From: an uncultured Candidatus Saccharibacteria bacterium | Lineage (GTDB): Bacteria; Patescibacteriota; Saccharimonadia; Saccharimonadales; Saccharimonadaceae | Assembly: GCA_964581595.1 (NCBI GenBank) | Contig: CAZOPB010000004.1 | Span: 12,018 to 76,017 of the forward strand | Direction of reading: 5' to 3' | Length of the DNA stretch: 64,000 nt | In this document: positions 25,427-34,079 of the stretch, piece after piece | Layout: every line of letters begins with the position of its first letter | Numbering within the stretch: position 1 is the first letter of the stretch | The notes under the pieces: generated by a model | The model's input: the letters and a program-made list of their open reading frames with translations, nothing else | Database searches by the model: none | Told to the model about the DNA's origin: nothing | Position numbers and translations under genes: made by a program

Positions 25427-27967
25427 ATGGCTGATTTTTATAACCAGACGACCAAGGAGGTACTGGAAGAGTTCGGGGTGGACCCGGCTCGAGGCTTGAG
25501 CGAAAGAGAGGTGCTCAAGCTTCAGGAAAAATACGGTAAGAATACCCTGAAAATGGCCGAGACGCCGTGGTGGCGGCGAGCTTTGGAGCCGTTTATGGAT
25601 ATTTTTATGGTGATCTTGATAGTGGCGATGATTCTGTCGCTACTACAGCAGAACTGGATAGAGGCAGCTACGATTTTCGTGATTATCGCGCTGAATGCTG
25701 TAATATATTATATACAGCAGTTTTCGACGGAAAGAATCCTAAAAAGTCTGAAACGCAGTACGATGCATTCTGTAACGGTGATGCGCGAGGGGACGGAAGT
25801 TGCGATTGAGGCGACAGAGTTAGTACCAGGCGACATCGTAGTATTAAAAGAAGGTGATCGCGTGCCGGCGGACGGTCGCATTATTAGCGAATCGGGGCTA
25901 CTCACAAACGAGTCAATGCTGACGGGTGAATCCGATTCGATTGCAAAGGATGCGAAGGCAATTTCCGGACAAAAGAAGGTCTATGAGCAGCGTAATATGG
26001 TATTTTCTGGGTCGTTTGTGGTGACTGGGACAGGTAGATACGTGGTGACGGCGACCGGAAATCGTACCGAATATGGTAAAATTGCCTCCCTGGCTTCGTC
26101 GCTGGGCGAGGAAAGTCCAATTCGGGCGAAAATGGATAAGCTGGTGGGGCAAATTGCTATAGTAGTAATTATTATTGCAATTGTGGTTTTGGCGATACAA
26201 CTAGTCGATGGTATCCCCCTATTGCAGGCGTTGGAGTTTACGCTAGCAATGGCGGTGTCGGCGGTGCCAGAAGGGCTGCCAATTGCAATTTCGATTATTT
26301 TGGCGTTATGCGCGGCAAGGATGGCCAAGAAGCAGGCGCTAATTCGCGAGCTTCGGGCAATCGAATCGATCGGAATTGTGACGACGATTGCAAGCGATAA
26401 AACCGGCACTCTGACTGAGAATAGACTAGAGCTAAGAGAAATGTGGACTCCAGAATTAAGCGAAAAAGAGTTCCGTGAGAAGCTGGCATGTGCGGCGCTA
26501 GGGGAATTCTCGATGATGGAGCAGGGCCGTGATAGCCTGGCGATCGACCCGTTGGACACTTGTATTCTTGATTATATGCGAGAGAATGGCTATCCGGTCT
26601 GCCCAATGAAGCCGATTAAATCTTATGCGTTTGATCAGAGTCTAAAGATGTCGGGTAATCTTTATCGTGACGAGAAAGGTAAATTGTTGCTACAGGTAAA
26701 GGGGGCGCCAGAGGTGATTCTAAAGCGAGCGAAACATTCGGATAAACGCCGTGCGGAAGCGGAGGATAAGCTGGTGGAGCTAGCGAATAAAGGTTACAAA
26801 GTATTAGCAGTGGCGAGCGGCAAGATAGATCATGAAATCAATGAGTTGAATAGACTAGGTAAAGATACTCAGCTGGAACTAGAAGGATTTATTGCGGTGG
26901 CAGACGCATTGCGTAAGGCTGTGCCGGCGGCAATTAAGCAGGCTGCGCGGATGGGCGTGAAGACGAAGATGGTGACGGGAGACCATGCAGGAACGGCATT
27001 TGCAATTGGTCGCGAAGCGGGTCTGGCAGAGGACTTCTCGCAGGTATTAGATTGTTCGAATTTGAGTAATATCAATGATAATGATCTGACAGATTTAGTG
27101 AAGACGACGACGATTTTTGCCCGAGTGACGCCAGAAGATAAGTATCGAATTCTTTCGGCGATCAAGGAGACGGAGATTTGTGCGATGACTGGGGATGGCG
27201 TGAATGATGTGCCGGCGCTGGTCGGGGCGCACGTGGGAATAGCGATGGGGGATGCGCCGTCAATCGTACAGGATGCCGGAGACATTGTGTTGTTAGATAA
27301 TAATTTCAAAAATATTACTGAGGCAATTAAAGAAAGTCGGACAGTACTAGCAAATATCCGGAGGATGCTGGGGTATTTACTAGCGACAAATGCTGGCGAG
27401 GTATTGACGATGCTGGGGGCGCTACTGATTTCTGGTGGGCAGCTGCTGACACCGATCCAGATCCTCTGGGTAAATCTAGTGACAGATTCTCTGATGGTGA
27501 TACCAGTAGGCCTAGAACCACCAGAGAAAAAGGTGTTGCAGCAAAAGCCCGAGAGCAAGGATGCGCCGATTTTGCCGGTACAGATGCTCGGGAAAATGAT
27601 ATTAGTAGCCTGCGTAATGGCGGCGGGGACGATGGGAACTTACTATCTGGCGGACTGGCTGCTCGGAAATATAGAACAGGCTAATACACTGGCCTTTACG
27701 GCGCTAGTAGCAATGCAGTGGGCAAATGCGGTCTCGGTGCGAGGGACTTATGAATCAGCCTGGCAAAGGTTCAAAGTGCCACATAAGAGTTTTCACTTGG
27801 CGATGGGGGCGGCGATTATTCTACAATTATTAGCGCTGTTTGGACCATTGGCCAAGATTGTAAATGTAGTAGAAGTGCCATTAGTGGCACTGATACTGAC
27901 GGCAGTGGCGGCGTTTGTGGTGCCGTTAGCGATATTTGAGACTTACAAGAAGGTGAAGAGAAAATAA
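25427..27967 (+). CDS. P-type cation-transporting ATPase (P2, Ca2+-ATPase-like)
   Basis: Motifs TGES, AVPEGLP (TM4), DKTGTLT, MVTGDH and TGDGVNDVPAL are present. Confidence 0.9.
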   Translation: MADFYNQTTKEVLEEFGVDPARGLSEREVLKLQEKYGKNTLKMAETPWWRRALEPFMDIFMVILIVAMILSLLQQNWIEAATIFVIIALNAVIYYIQQFSTERILKSLKRSTMHSVTVMREGTEVAIEATELVPGDIVVLKEGDRVPADGRIISESGLLTNESMLTGESDSIAKDAKAISGQKKVYEQRNMVFSGSFVVTGTGRYVVTATGNRTEYGKIASLASSLGEESPIRAKMDKLVGQIAIVVIIIAIVVLAIQLVDGIPLLQALEFTLAMAVSAVPEGLPIAISIILALCAARMAKKQALIRELRAIESIGIVTTIASDKTGTLTENRLELREMWTPELSEKEFREKLACAALGEFSMMEQGRDSLAIDPLDTCILDYMRENGYPVCPMKPIKSYAFDQSLKMSGNLYRDEKGKLLLQVKGAPEVILKRAKHSDKRRAEAEDKLVELANKGYKVLAVASGKIDHEINELNRLGKDTQLELEGFIAVADALRKAVPAAIKQAARMGVKTKMVTGDHAGTAFAIGREAGLAEDFSQVLDCSNLSNINDNDLTDLVKTTTIFARVTPEDKYRILSAIKETEICAMTGDGVNDVPALVGAHVGIAMGDAPSIVQDAGDIVLLDNNFKNITEAIKESRTVLANIRRMLGYLLATNAGEVLTMLGALLISGGQLLTPIQILWVNLVTDSLMVIPVGLEPPEKKVLQQKPESKDAPILPVQMLGKMILVACVMAAGTMGTYYLADWLLGNIEQANTLAFTALVAMQWANAVSVRGTYESAWQRFKVPHKSFHLAMGAAIILQLLALFGPLAKIVNVVEVPLVALILTAVAAFVVPLAIFETYKKVKRK

Positions 27968-28239
27968 AGTGCGAAGTAGGGGCGTCGCGAAACTAGAGAC
28001 GCGCTAGAGAGCTTCTGGGGAGGTGCTGAGAAGCCGCTAGCACAGGGTTTAGACATTAGCGCTATATGAGCAAGGTTTGGGGTAAAAATACGTCAGAGAG
28101 GCTTTAAAACGGCCTAGAAAGGAATTTGGCTCGCAAATAGTGCAATTTTAGCTAAATTCTCTATTTTGTACAATATTTTATAGAGTTGTCAATAGATAAA
28201 AATCCTTATTTCTTCCCCGTCCGGTGTTATAATATAAGT

Positions 28240-30309
28240 ATGGATATGTCAGCGCCAGTGGAGGATATTAGAGGTGTTGGGCCGAAGACGGCGGAGCTAC
28301 TTCGGAGTGTGAATTTGCGGACGGTAGGTGATCTGCTTTATTGTTTGCCGCGAGTTTATGAAAATTATCAAACCACCGTGACAATCGCCGAGCTAAAACC
28401 TGGCAATGTAGTGGTGCGGGGGCGGATTAGCGATCTAAAGGTGATCCGGACGAGCCGGCGGCGACTCACGATTACTGAGGGCGTAATTCGAGATGAGACG
28501 GGGGCGATTCGGACAGTGTGGTTTAATCAGCCTTACCGAGCAAAGCAGTTTGACTCGAAGCGTGAATACTTTTTTACAGGTAAATATGAGCTGAAAAATG
28601 GTCGCTATACGCTAACTTCACCTTCGGCGACATTAGTGCAGGACGCAGCAGAAGATGGTGAGATGGCAGGGTTCCAACCGATCTACTCGGCAAAAAATAC
28701 CATCAAACCGCAGATGTTCCAAAAAATCATGCTAAATTTGCGACCAGATTTCGCGAAAATTCCAGATTTATTGCCAATTGATGGGACGAGTCCGGATTTC
28801 GTGGAGCCTGGGGCGAGGGCTGAGGCACTGTTTTGCATGCATTTTCCAGAGAGCCCAGAAGACACAGAGCGGGGAAGGCAATATCTGGCGTACGAAGAAC
28901 TATTTGAATTAATCCTAGCGGCGAAGCTAAATAAACAGGCGAACCAAAGGCTAGAAGCGATTTCGCTGCCGTTTGAGGCGAAGTTGATTCAGGCGATTGT
29001 GAAGAGTCTAAAATTCAAGCTGACGGGCGCACAGCGGCGGGCGACTTGGGATATTCTACAAGGACTAGAGAAAAAGGTGCCGATGAACAGATTGCTGCAG
29101 GGCGATGTCGGGTCTGGTAAGACAATCGTGGCAGCACTGGCGGCGGCGCAGACGGCTTATAACGGGCATCAGGTGGCGCTCCTGGCGCCGACGGCGATTT
29201 TGGCCTCGCAACATTACGAGAGCTTGAGCGAATTATTTAGTGAAATTGAGCAGAACAATCCGGAGCTAAAGATGCCAAAAGTAGCCCTGCTGACTGGCGC
29301 GACGAAAGGTAAAAAACAGCTGAAAAAGCAGATTCTGGAGGGTGAAATCGATCTAGTAATCGGTACACACGCGCTGCTGACCGACGACACGAATTTTAAG
29401 TCGTTGGCGTTTTGCATTATTGATGAGCAGCATAGATTTGGCGTGGGACAGAGGCAGAAATTGCTGCTAAAATCCCCAGAGGCGCATGCACCACATCTGC
29501 TGTCGATGACGGCGACGCCGATTCCGCGGTCGTTACAATTGACGGTATTTGGAGATTTGGATGTGTCACTATTAAATGAGCTGCCACCAGGTAGGCAGCC
29601 GATTGTAACGAAAATCTTGAGCGAAGTAGAGCAAAAGGATGAATTGTACCCGAAAATGCGCGAGCTTTTGCAGAAGGGGCAGCAAATTTATTGGATTTGC
29701 CAGGTGATTGAGGAAAAAGCAGCAAATAACGCTACGCCAGTGAAGCGACAGGCAAAGAAGCTGACGGCGCTTTTCCCAGAGGCGAAAGTAGGACTGCTTC
29801 ATGGAAAAATGAAACCAGAAGAAAAAGACCAGATTATGGAGGATTTTGCGAAGAATAAAATCCAGATTCTAGTGTCGACGACAGTGGTAGAAGTAGGCGT
29901 GAATGTGTCAAATGCGAATATGATTATTATCCAAGATGCGGAAAACTATGGCTTGGCGCAATTACATCAGCTGCGGGGGCGAGTTGGGCGCGGAGACCAG
30001 CCGGCGAGCTGCTTCCTGCTAACTACGGGCGAAGATAGGCCGTCAAGGCGACTGAGGGAGATGGAGAAGTCGACTGATGGGTTCTATCTGGCGGAAGTAG
30101 ATCTGAAAATTCGTGGACCCGGGGAGATTTACGGCGCAATGCAACATGGCGAGCTAAACCTACAAGTAGCGAATTTATCGGATACACGGTTAATCGCCCA
30201 AGCGAGCCATCACGCGGAGGAATTTGCAAAAAGACCTGAGGCGATTCAGGATTACCCAGAGCTAGCAAAGAGGATTAAGAAGTATCAGCAGCTCACGACG
30301 TTGAATTGA
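28240..30309 (+). CDS. recG: ATP-dependent DNA helicase RecG
   Basis: Motifs IRGVGPKTAELL, the wedge/OB region, GDVGSGKT, DEQHRFG and LRGRVGRG are present. I chose the ATG at 28240, which lies 6 nt after TGTTATAAT; the track start at 28186 would sit upstream of that promoter. Confidence 0.9.
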   Translation: MDMSAPVEDIRGVGPKTAELLRSVNLRTVGDLLYCLPRVYENYQTTVTIAELKPGNVVVRGRISDLKVIRTSRRRLTITEGVIRDETGAIRTVWFNQPYRAKQFDSKREYFFTGKYELKNGRYTLTSPSATLVQDAAEDGEMAGFQPIYSAKNTIKPQMFQKIMLNLRPDFAKIPDLLPIDGTSPDFVEPGARAEALFCMHFPESPEDTERGRQYLAYEELFELILAAKLNKQANQRLEAISLPFEAKLIQAIVKSLKFKLTGAQRRATWDILQGLEKKVPMNRLLQGDVGSGKTIVAALAAAQTAYNGHQVALLAPTAILASQHYESLSELFSEIEQNNPELKMPKVALLTGATKGKKQLKKQILEGEIDLVIGTHALLTDDTNFKSLAFCIIDEQHRFGVGQRQKLLLKSPEAHAPHLLSMTATPIPRSLQLTVFGDLDVSLLNELPPGRQPIVTKILSEVEQKDELYPKMRELLQKGQQIYWICQVIEEKAANNATPVKRQAKKLTALFPEAKVGLLHGKMKPEEKDQIMEDFAKNKIQILVSTTVVEVGVNVSNANMIIIQDAENYGLAQLHQLRGRVGRGDQPASCFLLTTGEDRPSRRLREMEKSTDGFYLAEVDLKIRGPGEIYGAMQHGELNLQVANLSDTRLIAQASHHAEEFAKRPEAIQDYPELAKRIKKYQQLTTLN

Positions 30310-30393
30310 TTTGTAGAGGAAGATACGCTATAATTAGCGTAAGGATACCCCTTGTAACTTACAATTTATAGTTTGAAAGTGAGGAGAGATACT

Positions 30394-31185
30394 ATGTTGT
30401 TATTCCCTTTCCCATGCGGCGAGCAAAAATTATCCATAAACACACTATGCGACGTACAACGCGAGGTCACGATTCGGTCGACATTTCCGGCTAACCAGAG
30501 AATTATCTTGCAGGGCGGAGCTGAGACAACTTCCTTGAGAAAGTGCCCAAAAATAGGGTTTCGCTTGGCGCATATCCGGCATCCTGTAATACGTGATAAG
30601 TGCTGCGACACGAGTTGCGAATGGCATGAGTTAATGAATCATGTTCATATTGCGTATAACCATGAGCCAGGTATAGCGGCCTGGCTGTCTGGATTCGTGT
30701 CTAATTCCGAAAAAATTATACGCGGGGAGAGTGAAGACTGGAAGCTGCGGCGGGTAGAAATTGGTATGGATGATATTATCCTCAGATACGATAACGGCGA
30801 GATTAGCGGCGATGCCGTGTTGGAGGGGTTCCGAGGAAGGCTTTACTTCGGTGTTCCGATGCGCTGGCGACTTGATGAGCTGCGCGCCGTAATGGTAGAG
30901 ATGGAGGAGGATGAGCACGGCGGACGTTCTGTGAAGATCGAGTCGGATTTACCTTGCGATTTTAGAGAAGACAAGGCATGTTTGCAGTATTACGAGTATT
31001 GTGTATGCGTGAGCATGAGACTGGCTCGTACGGCAGACGGTACAATTGAGCTGACGCGGCGATATCTTTTCTCAGAGCTAGATGAGCCGGCAATCCATGG
31101 ATTGACAGAGTATACATTGGGTTATCTGCTGGGCACTAATGAATCCCTGCAGGGTGCACCCACTCATCGCGCAATTGGACTATAA
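30394..31185 (+). CDS. hypothetical protein (Cys-rich N-terminus, acidic centre)
   Basis: The ATG at 30394 lies 8 nt after GAGGAG. No family is recognised. A terminator follows. Confidence 0.55.
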   Translation: MLLFPFPCGEQKLSINTLCDVQREVTIRSTFPANQRIILQGGAETTSLRKCPKIGFRLAHIRHPVIRDKCCDTSCEWHELMNHVHIAYNHEPGIAAWLSGFVSNSEKIIRGESEDWKLRRVEIGMDDIILRYDNGEISGDAVLEGFRGRLYFGVPMRWRLDELRAVMVEMEEDEHGGRSVKIESDLPCDFREDKACLQYYEYCVCVSMRLARTADGTIELTRRYLFSELDEPAIHGLTEYTLGYLLGTNESLQGAPTHRAIGL

Positions 31186-31190
31186 ACATC

Positions 31191-31220
31191 TAGGCTGCGG
31201 CGAATAAGCTGCAGCCTTTT
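31191..31220 (+). terminator. intrinsic terminator
   Basis: AGGCTGC (31191-31197) pairs with GCAGCCT (31210-31216), followed by TTTT. Confidence 0.7.
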
Positions 31221-31265
31221 TCTCGCCTGAAATCAAGGAATTATGGTATAATAGATAGATAAGTT

Positions 31266-32135
31266 ATGTTTTCTACAACTGCGATAGTCAAAAATTCGAA
31301 GTTCTCCGGTAAAATGGTTGGGACACACCAGCGCTTGGATCAAGCGGCGCGACGTTCTCTGGCGAAAGTTTTGCCGAAGAATAGGTTTTTTCCGGATACG
31401 AAGGAAATTTTGCATTTCGAGGGCTCGCGGGGGCCAGACGGATTGAAGCGTAAAAGTCCGGGGATAGATGAGCCATCGCACATGCTAGTCTTGGGAGATG
31501 TGAAGCCGGGCGAGGAAACCGGGCATGAGAATCTGGACCAGAGATCGGTGGAGACGATGATAGTTGACCACCGTTGGAATCTAGTGCAAGCCTTGAGGGC
31601 AAAGGATGAAGTACGGGCGGCGTTTGAGGCGGCATGGATGGCACATATGATTACGGACGGACTGACGCCGGCGCATCATTTTCCGCTTTCGGAAGTACAG
31701 GATGCGCTAATGACAGATAAGGATTTGGTAAAGGTATTTGGGGCACCGATCAAAGGTGTAATGCACGGGCGGAGTATGCTGGAGACGATGCGGAATAATT
31801 GGCTGTACTGGGGTGCGGGCGGACATATGTCGAAGCATATTGCCTATGAATATGGGGTACTGATGATCACGGCTGCATTGCCACCGAGAGCCTTGGAAGT
31901 AAAGTTGACGGAGGAGGATTTAGCTTGCCTAGATACGGAAGCAAATTTCCAGAAATCGTTAGAAAAGATCCAGAAGCTACAGATGTATGATAGATTTCTA
32001 AGTGATGGCTGGACGACGGAGCTCGCGATGGAGACGAAGAATGTTCTGCTACCGGAAATCGTGAAAATGATTGCGCTAGGCTGGTATTCGGCAATAGCGG
32101 AAGCTAATGGAGAGAAGAGTGAGAAAAGGCGCTGA
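31266..32135 (+). CDS. hypothetical protein, possibly of the zinc-dependent phospholipase C / S1-P1 nuclease superfamily
   Basis: AAWMAHMITDGLTPAHH contains an H-x3-D-x5-H string like the zinc-PLC metal site. Further His/Asp residues lie upstream (GTHQRLDQAA). There is no signal peptide and the start is uncertain (31266 or 31314). Confidence 0.4.
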   Translation: MFSTTAIVKNSKFSGKMVGTHQRLDQAARRSLAKVLPKNRFFPDTKEILHFEGSRGPDGLKRKSPGIDEPSHMLVLGDVKPGEETGHENLDQRSVETMIVDHRWNLVQALRAKDEVRAAFEAAWMAHMITDGLTPAHHFPLSEVQDALMTDKDLVKVFGAPIKGVMHGRSMLETMRNNWLYWGAGGHMSKHIAYEYGVLMITAALPPRALEVKLTEEDLACLDTEANFQKSLEKIQKLQMYDRFLSDGWTTELAMETKNVLLPEIVKMIALGWYSAIAEANGEKSEKRR

Positions 32136-32676
32136 AATTAAAGTCACTTCTGGCGAGCTACGCGGAAGAAAGCTGAAGTCTCCAGAGAATATATTAACTC
32201 ATCCGATGGGAGCGAGAGAGAAGCTGGCGCTATTTAATATGGTGGATGTAGCCGGGAAAAAAGTGTTAGACGCCTATGCAGGGTCGGGTGCACTAGGAAT
32301 CGAAGCGCTGAGTCGCGGAGCAGAGGAAGTGGTGTTCGTAGAAAGTAATCGAAAAATCGCCGGGGTAATAAGTGAGAATCTGAGAACGCTTGGGCTGAGT
32401 GGCAAGGTGGCGGTAGAGACAGTAGAGAGATTTGCCAATGACGGTCAATATGCTGAGTATTTTGATGTGATAATTGCAGATCCGCCATATAATAATTTTG
32501 ATAAAAGTGAAGTAGCGAGCTTAGTGAAATTATTGGATAATGACGGGATAATGGTGCTATCTTCGCCGGCGAAAGAAGAAATAGTAGTCGACGGAATGAC
32601 AATGGTAGGTAGCCGGACGTATGCGGGAGCGAGGTTGACGGTGATGCGGAAAGAGACGGCTAGCTCAGCGAGCTAA
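32107..32676 (+). CDS. rsmD: 16S rRNA (guanine966-N2)-methyltransferase RsmD
   Basis: ITSGELRGRKLKSP, DAYAGSGALGIEALSRGA and IIADPPYN are present. The gene overlaps the previous ORF by 29 nt. Confidence 0.85.
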   Translation: MERRVRKGAEIKVTSGELRGRKLKSPENILTHPMGAREKLALFNMVDVAGKKVLDAYAGSGALGIEALSRGAEEVVFVESNRKIAGVISENLRTLGLSGKVAVETVERFANDGQYAEYFDVIIADPPYNNFDKSEVASLVKLLDNDGIMVLSSPAKEEIVVDGMTMVGSRTYAGARLTVMRKETASSAS

Positions 32677-32685
32677 GGGGGGGGG
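32677..32685 (+). repeat. homopolymeric G9 tract
   Basis: Nine consecutive G start directly after the rsmD stop codon, 39 nt before the truncated FISUMP ORF. Confidence 0.9.
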
Positions 32686-32723
32686 CGGATGCGTAAATTT
32701 CTTTTGCCGCCGGAGCGGGGGAG

Positions 32724-33635
32724 GTGGTAACGGGATTAGGATTCAATGGTATTACTGAGATGCAACAGATGACTAGCAACGTATGTAGTAATGCTGCGCC
32801 TGGTTTAGAAGGAAGGCTAAGGGATACTCGAGATGATAAAGTTTATTGGGTAAGCAAGCTCAAAGATAATAATTGCTGGATGACCCAGAATCTTGATTTA
32901 GACTTAAATCAAGCGGACTTGCTTACCTCAAGCAATTCTGATGTCAGTAATAATTGGCCGTCTAGTGCGCTAAGTAATACTTTGTGGACGGGTGATAGTA
33001 GCAACTACAATTCACTCAACTACTATGATCCGACAAATCTATACTTTACGTTACCAAATGGCATAGTATCTGTGGATGATTTTTCTGAGTGGACTGCTAC
33101 TTATGATCCATACTTCGTAACTGCTACTAACTTTATTGGCTTGGATGGACAGTCTATTTGTAATAAGGGGGCAGGTTCTATGTTAGGCGATTCTACATAT
33201 AAACAATGTCATATCTATTATTATGCATATGCCCACTATCACGTCGGGAACTATTATTCTTGGGGAGCTGCTACCGCTGGGCAAGCGACTTCCTTAATCA
33301 GTAATGTAACAGGTGAACAATCTACTCAAAGTATTTGTCCGAAGGGCTGGACCTTACCTATCAATGGTGCCTATAGTAACCTCTTCGGTTCATACGGTGC
33401 TAATAGCGGTATTACCTATGGCGGCATAGCCATTACTGGCACACCCTTTTACTTCGTATATGGCGGCATCGTCAATAGTAGCTCTCTGGCCAATGCCGGC
33501 AGCCGCGGTTATTACTGGTCCTCTACGGCCAACTATGCGTCCAATGCTTACACCCTGACCTTCAGTACTAGTGTCAACCCGTCCAGCGACACCAATCGCT
33601 ACTACGGCATGTCTGTCCGTTGTGTCGCTAGATAG
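32724..33635 (+). CDS. FISUMP-domain protein, N-terminally truncated paralog (possible pseudogene or silent copy)
   Basis: FISUMP (Fibrobacter succinogenes major paralogous domain) motifs NCWMTQNL, GNYYSWGAA, CPKGWTLP, GYYWSST and SVRCVAR are present. Its first about 60 aa align with aa 226-285 of the 512-aa paralog. It lacks that protein's signal anchor and N-terminal beta-rich domain, and opens with a GTG without a properly spaced SD. Confidence 0.55.
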   Translation: MVTGLGFNGITEMQQMTSNVCSNAAPGLEGRLRDTRDDKVYWVSKLKDNNCWMTQNLDLDLNQADLLTSSNSDVSNNWPSSALSNTLWTGDSSNYNSLNYYDPTNLYFTLPNGIVSVDDFSEWTATYDPYFVTATNFIGLDGQSICNKGAGSMLGDSTYKQCHIYYYAYAHYHVGNYYSWGAATAGQATSLISNVTGEQSTQSICPKGWTLPINGAYSNLFGSYGANSGITYGGIAITGTPFYFVYGGIVNSSSLANAGSRGYYWSSTANYASNAYTLTFSTSVNPSSDTNRYYGMSVRCVAR

Positions 33636-34079
33636 AGCCGGCAAGCAGCCTGCCGCCAAGGGTAAAACCTCGGGTGGGTGAGGTTTTAACTAATTCCCTG
33701 GCGGCAGGGTTCTGGCGGGGGATAGAGTTGAACACACTAGCACCCCACAGCGCGTAAAAGTGCCCTGCAAAATGCTTGTATTCTACCTAATCGTGTGTTA
33801 AAATTAGGCTAAGAAGGTTTATACTTAGTGGCTATCTTTTAGAGATAGTCACTTTTAGCTCCACACGAAAGCGTCCAATTGAGAAACCTAAAGTAACGCT
33901 CATTAGACATACTCCTCCTTTCTACCTGCCAACTCAAAATTAAAGTACAATTCCCCGCCATACGCGGAATGGACCCCTTTTGTAAAAGGTGTCCAACCTC
34001 CAAAACTATTAGTAAGATTTCTCGCTCAAAAGCGCGGTTTCGAGCGAGAAATGGATTATTATAATTTACTAGTAGAAAA

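Noticed and set aside
25981-27558. 192-aa and 229-aa minus-strand ORFs inside the P-type ATPase gene
   Set aside because: Both are Ser/Ile/Ala-rich antisense translations without motifs. The plus frame has all P-type ATPase signatures.
32689-32730. Short ATG ORF between the G9 tract and the truncated FISUMP ORF, as a frameshifted true N-terminus
   Set aside because: Its 13 codons (MRKFLLPPERGRW) do not resemble the signal-anchor region of the paralogs. A single-nucleotide slip in the G tract would not join it to a complete N-terminal domain. At most it is relevant to the phase-variation hypothesis.
33832-33903. SD-preceded micro-ORFs in non-coding spacers (23 aa at 33832-33903 on the minus strand; 26 aa at 48263-48343 on the plus strand; 7-aa uORF at 52556-52579)
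   Set aside because: They are too short to support from sequence alone and have no recognisable family. I noted them only as possibilities for ribosome-profiling data.
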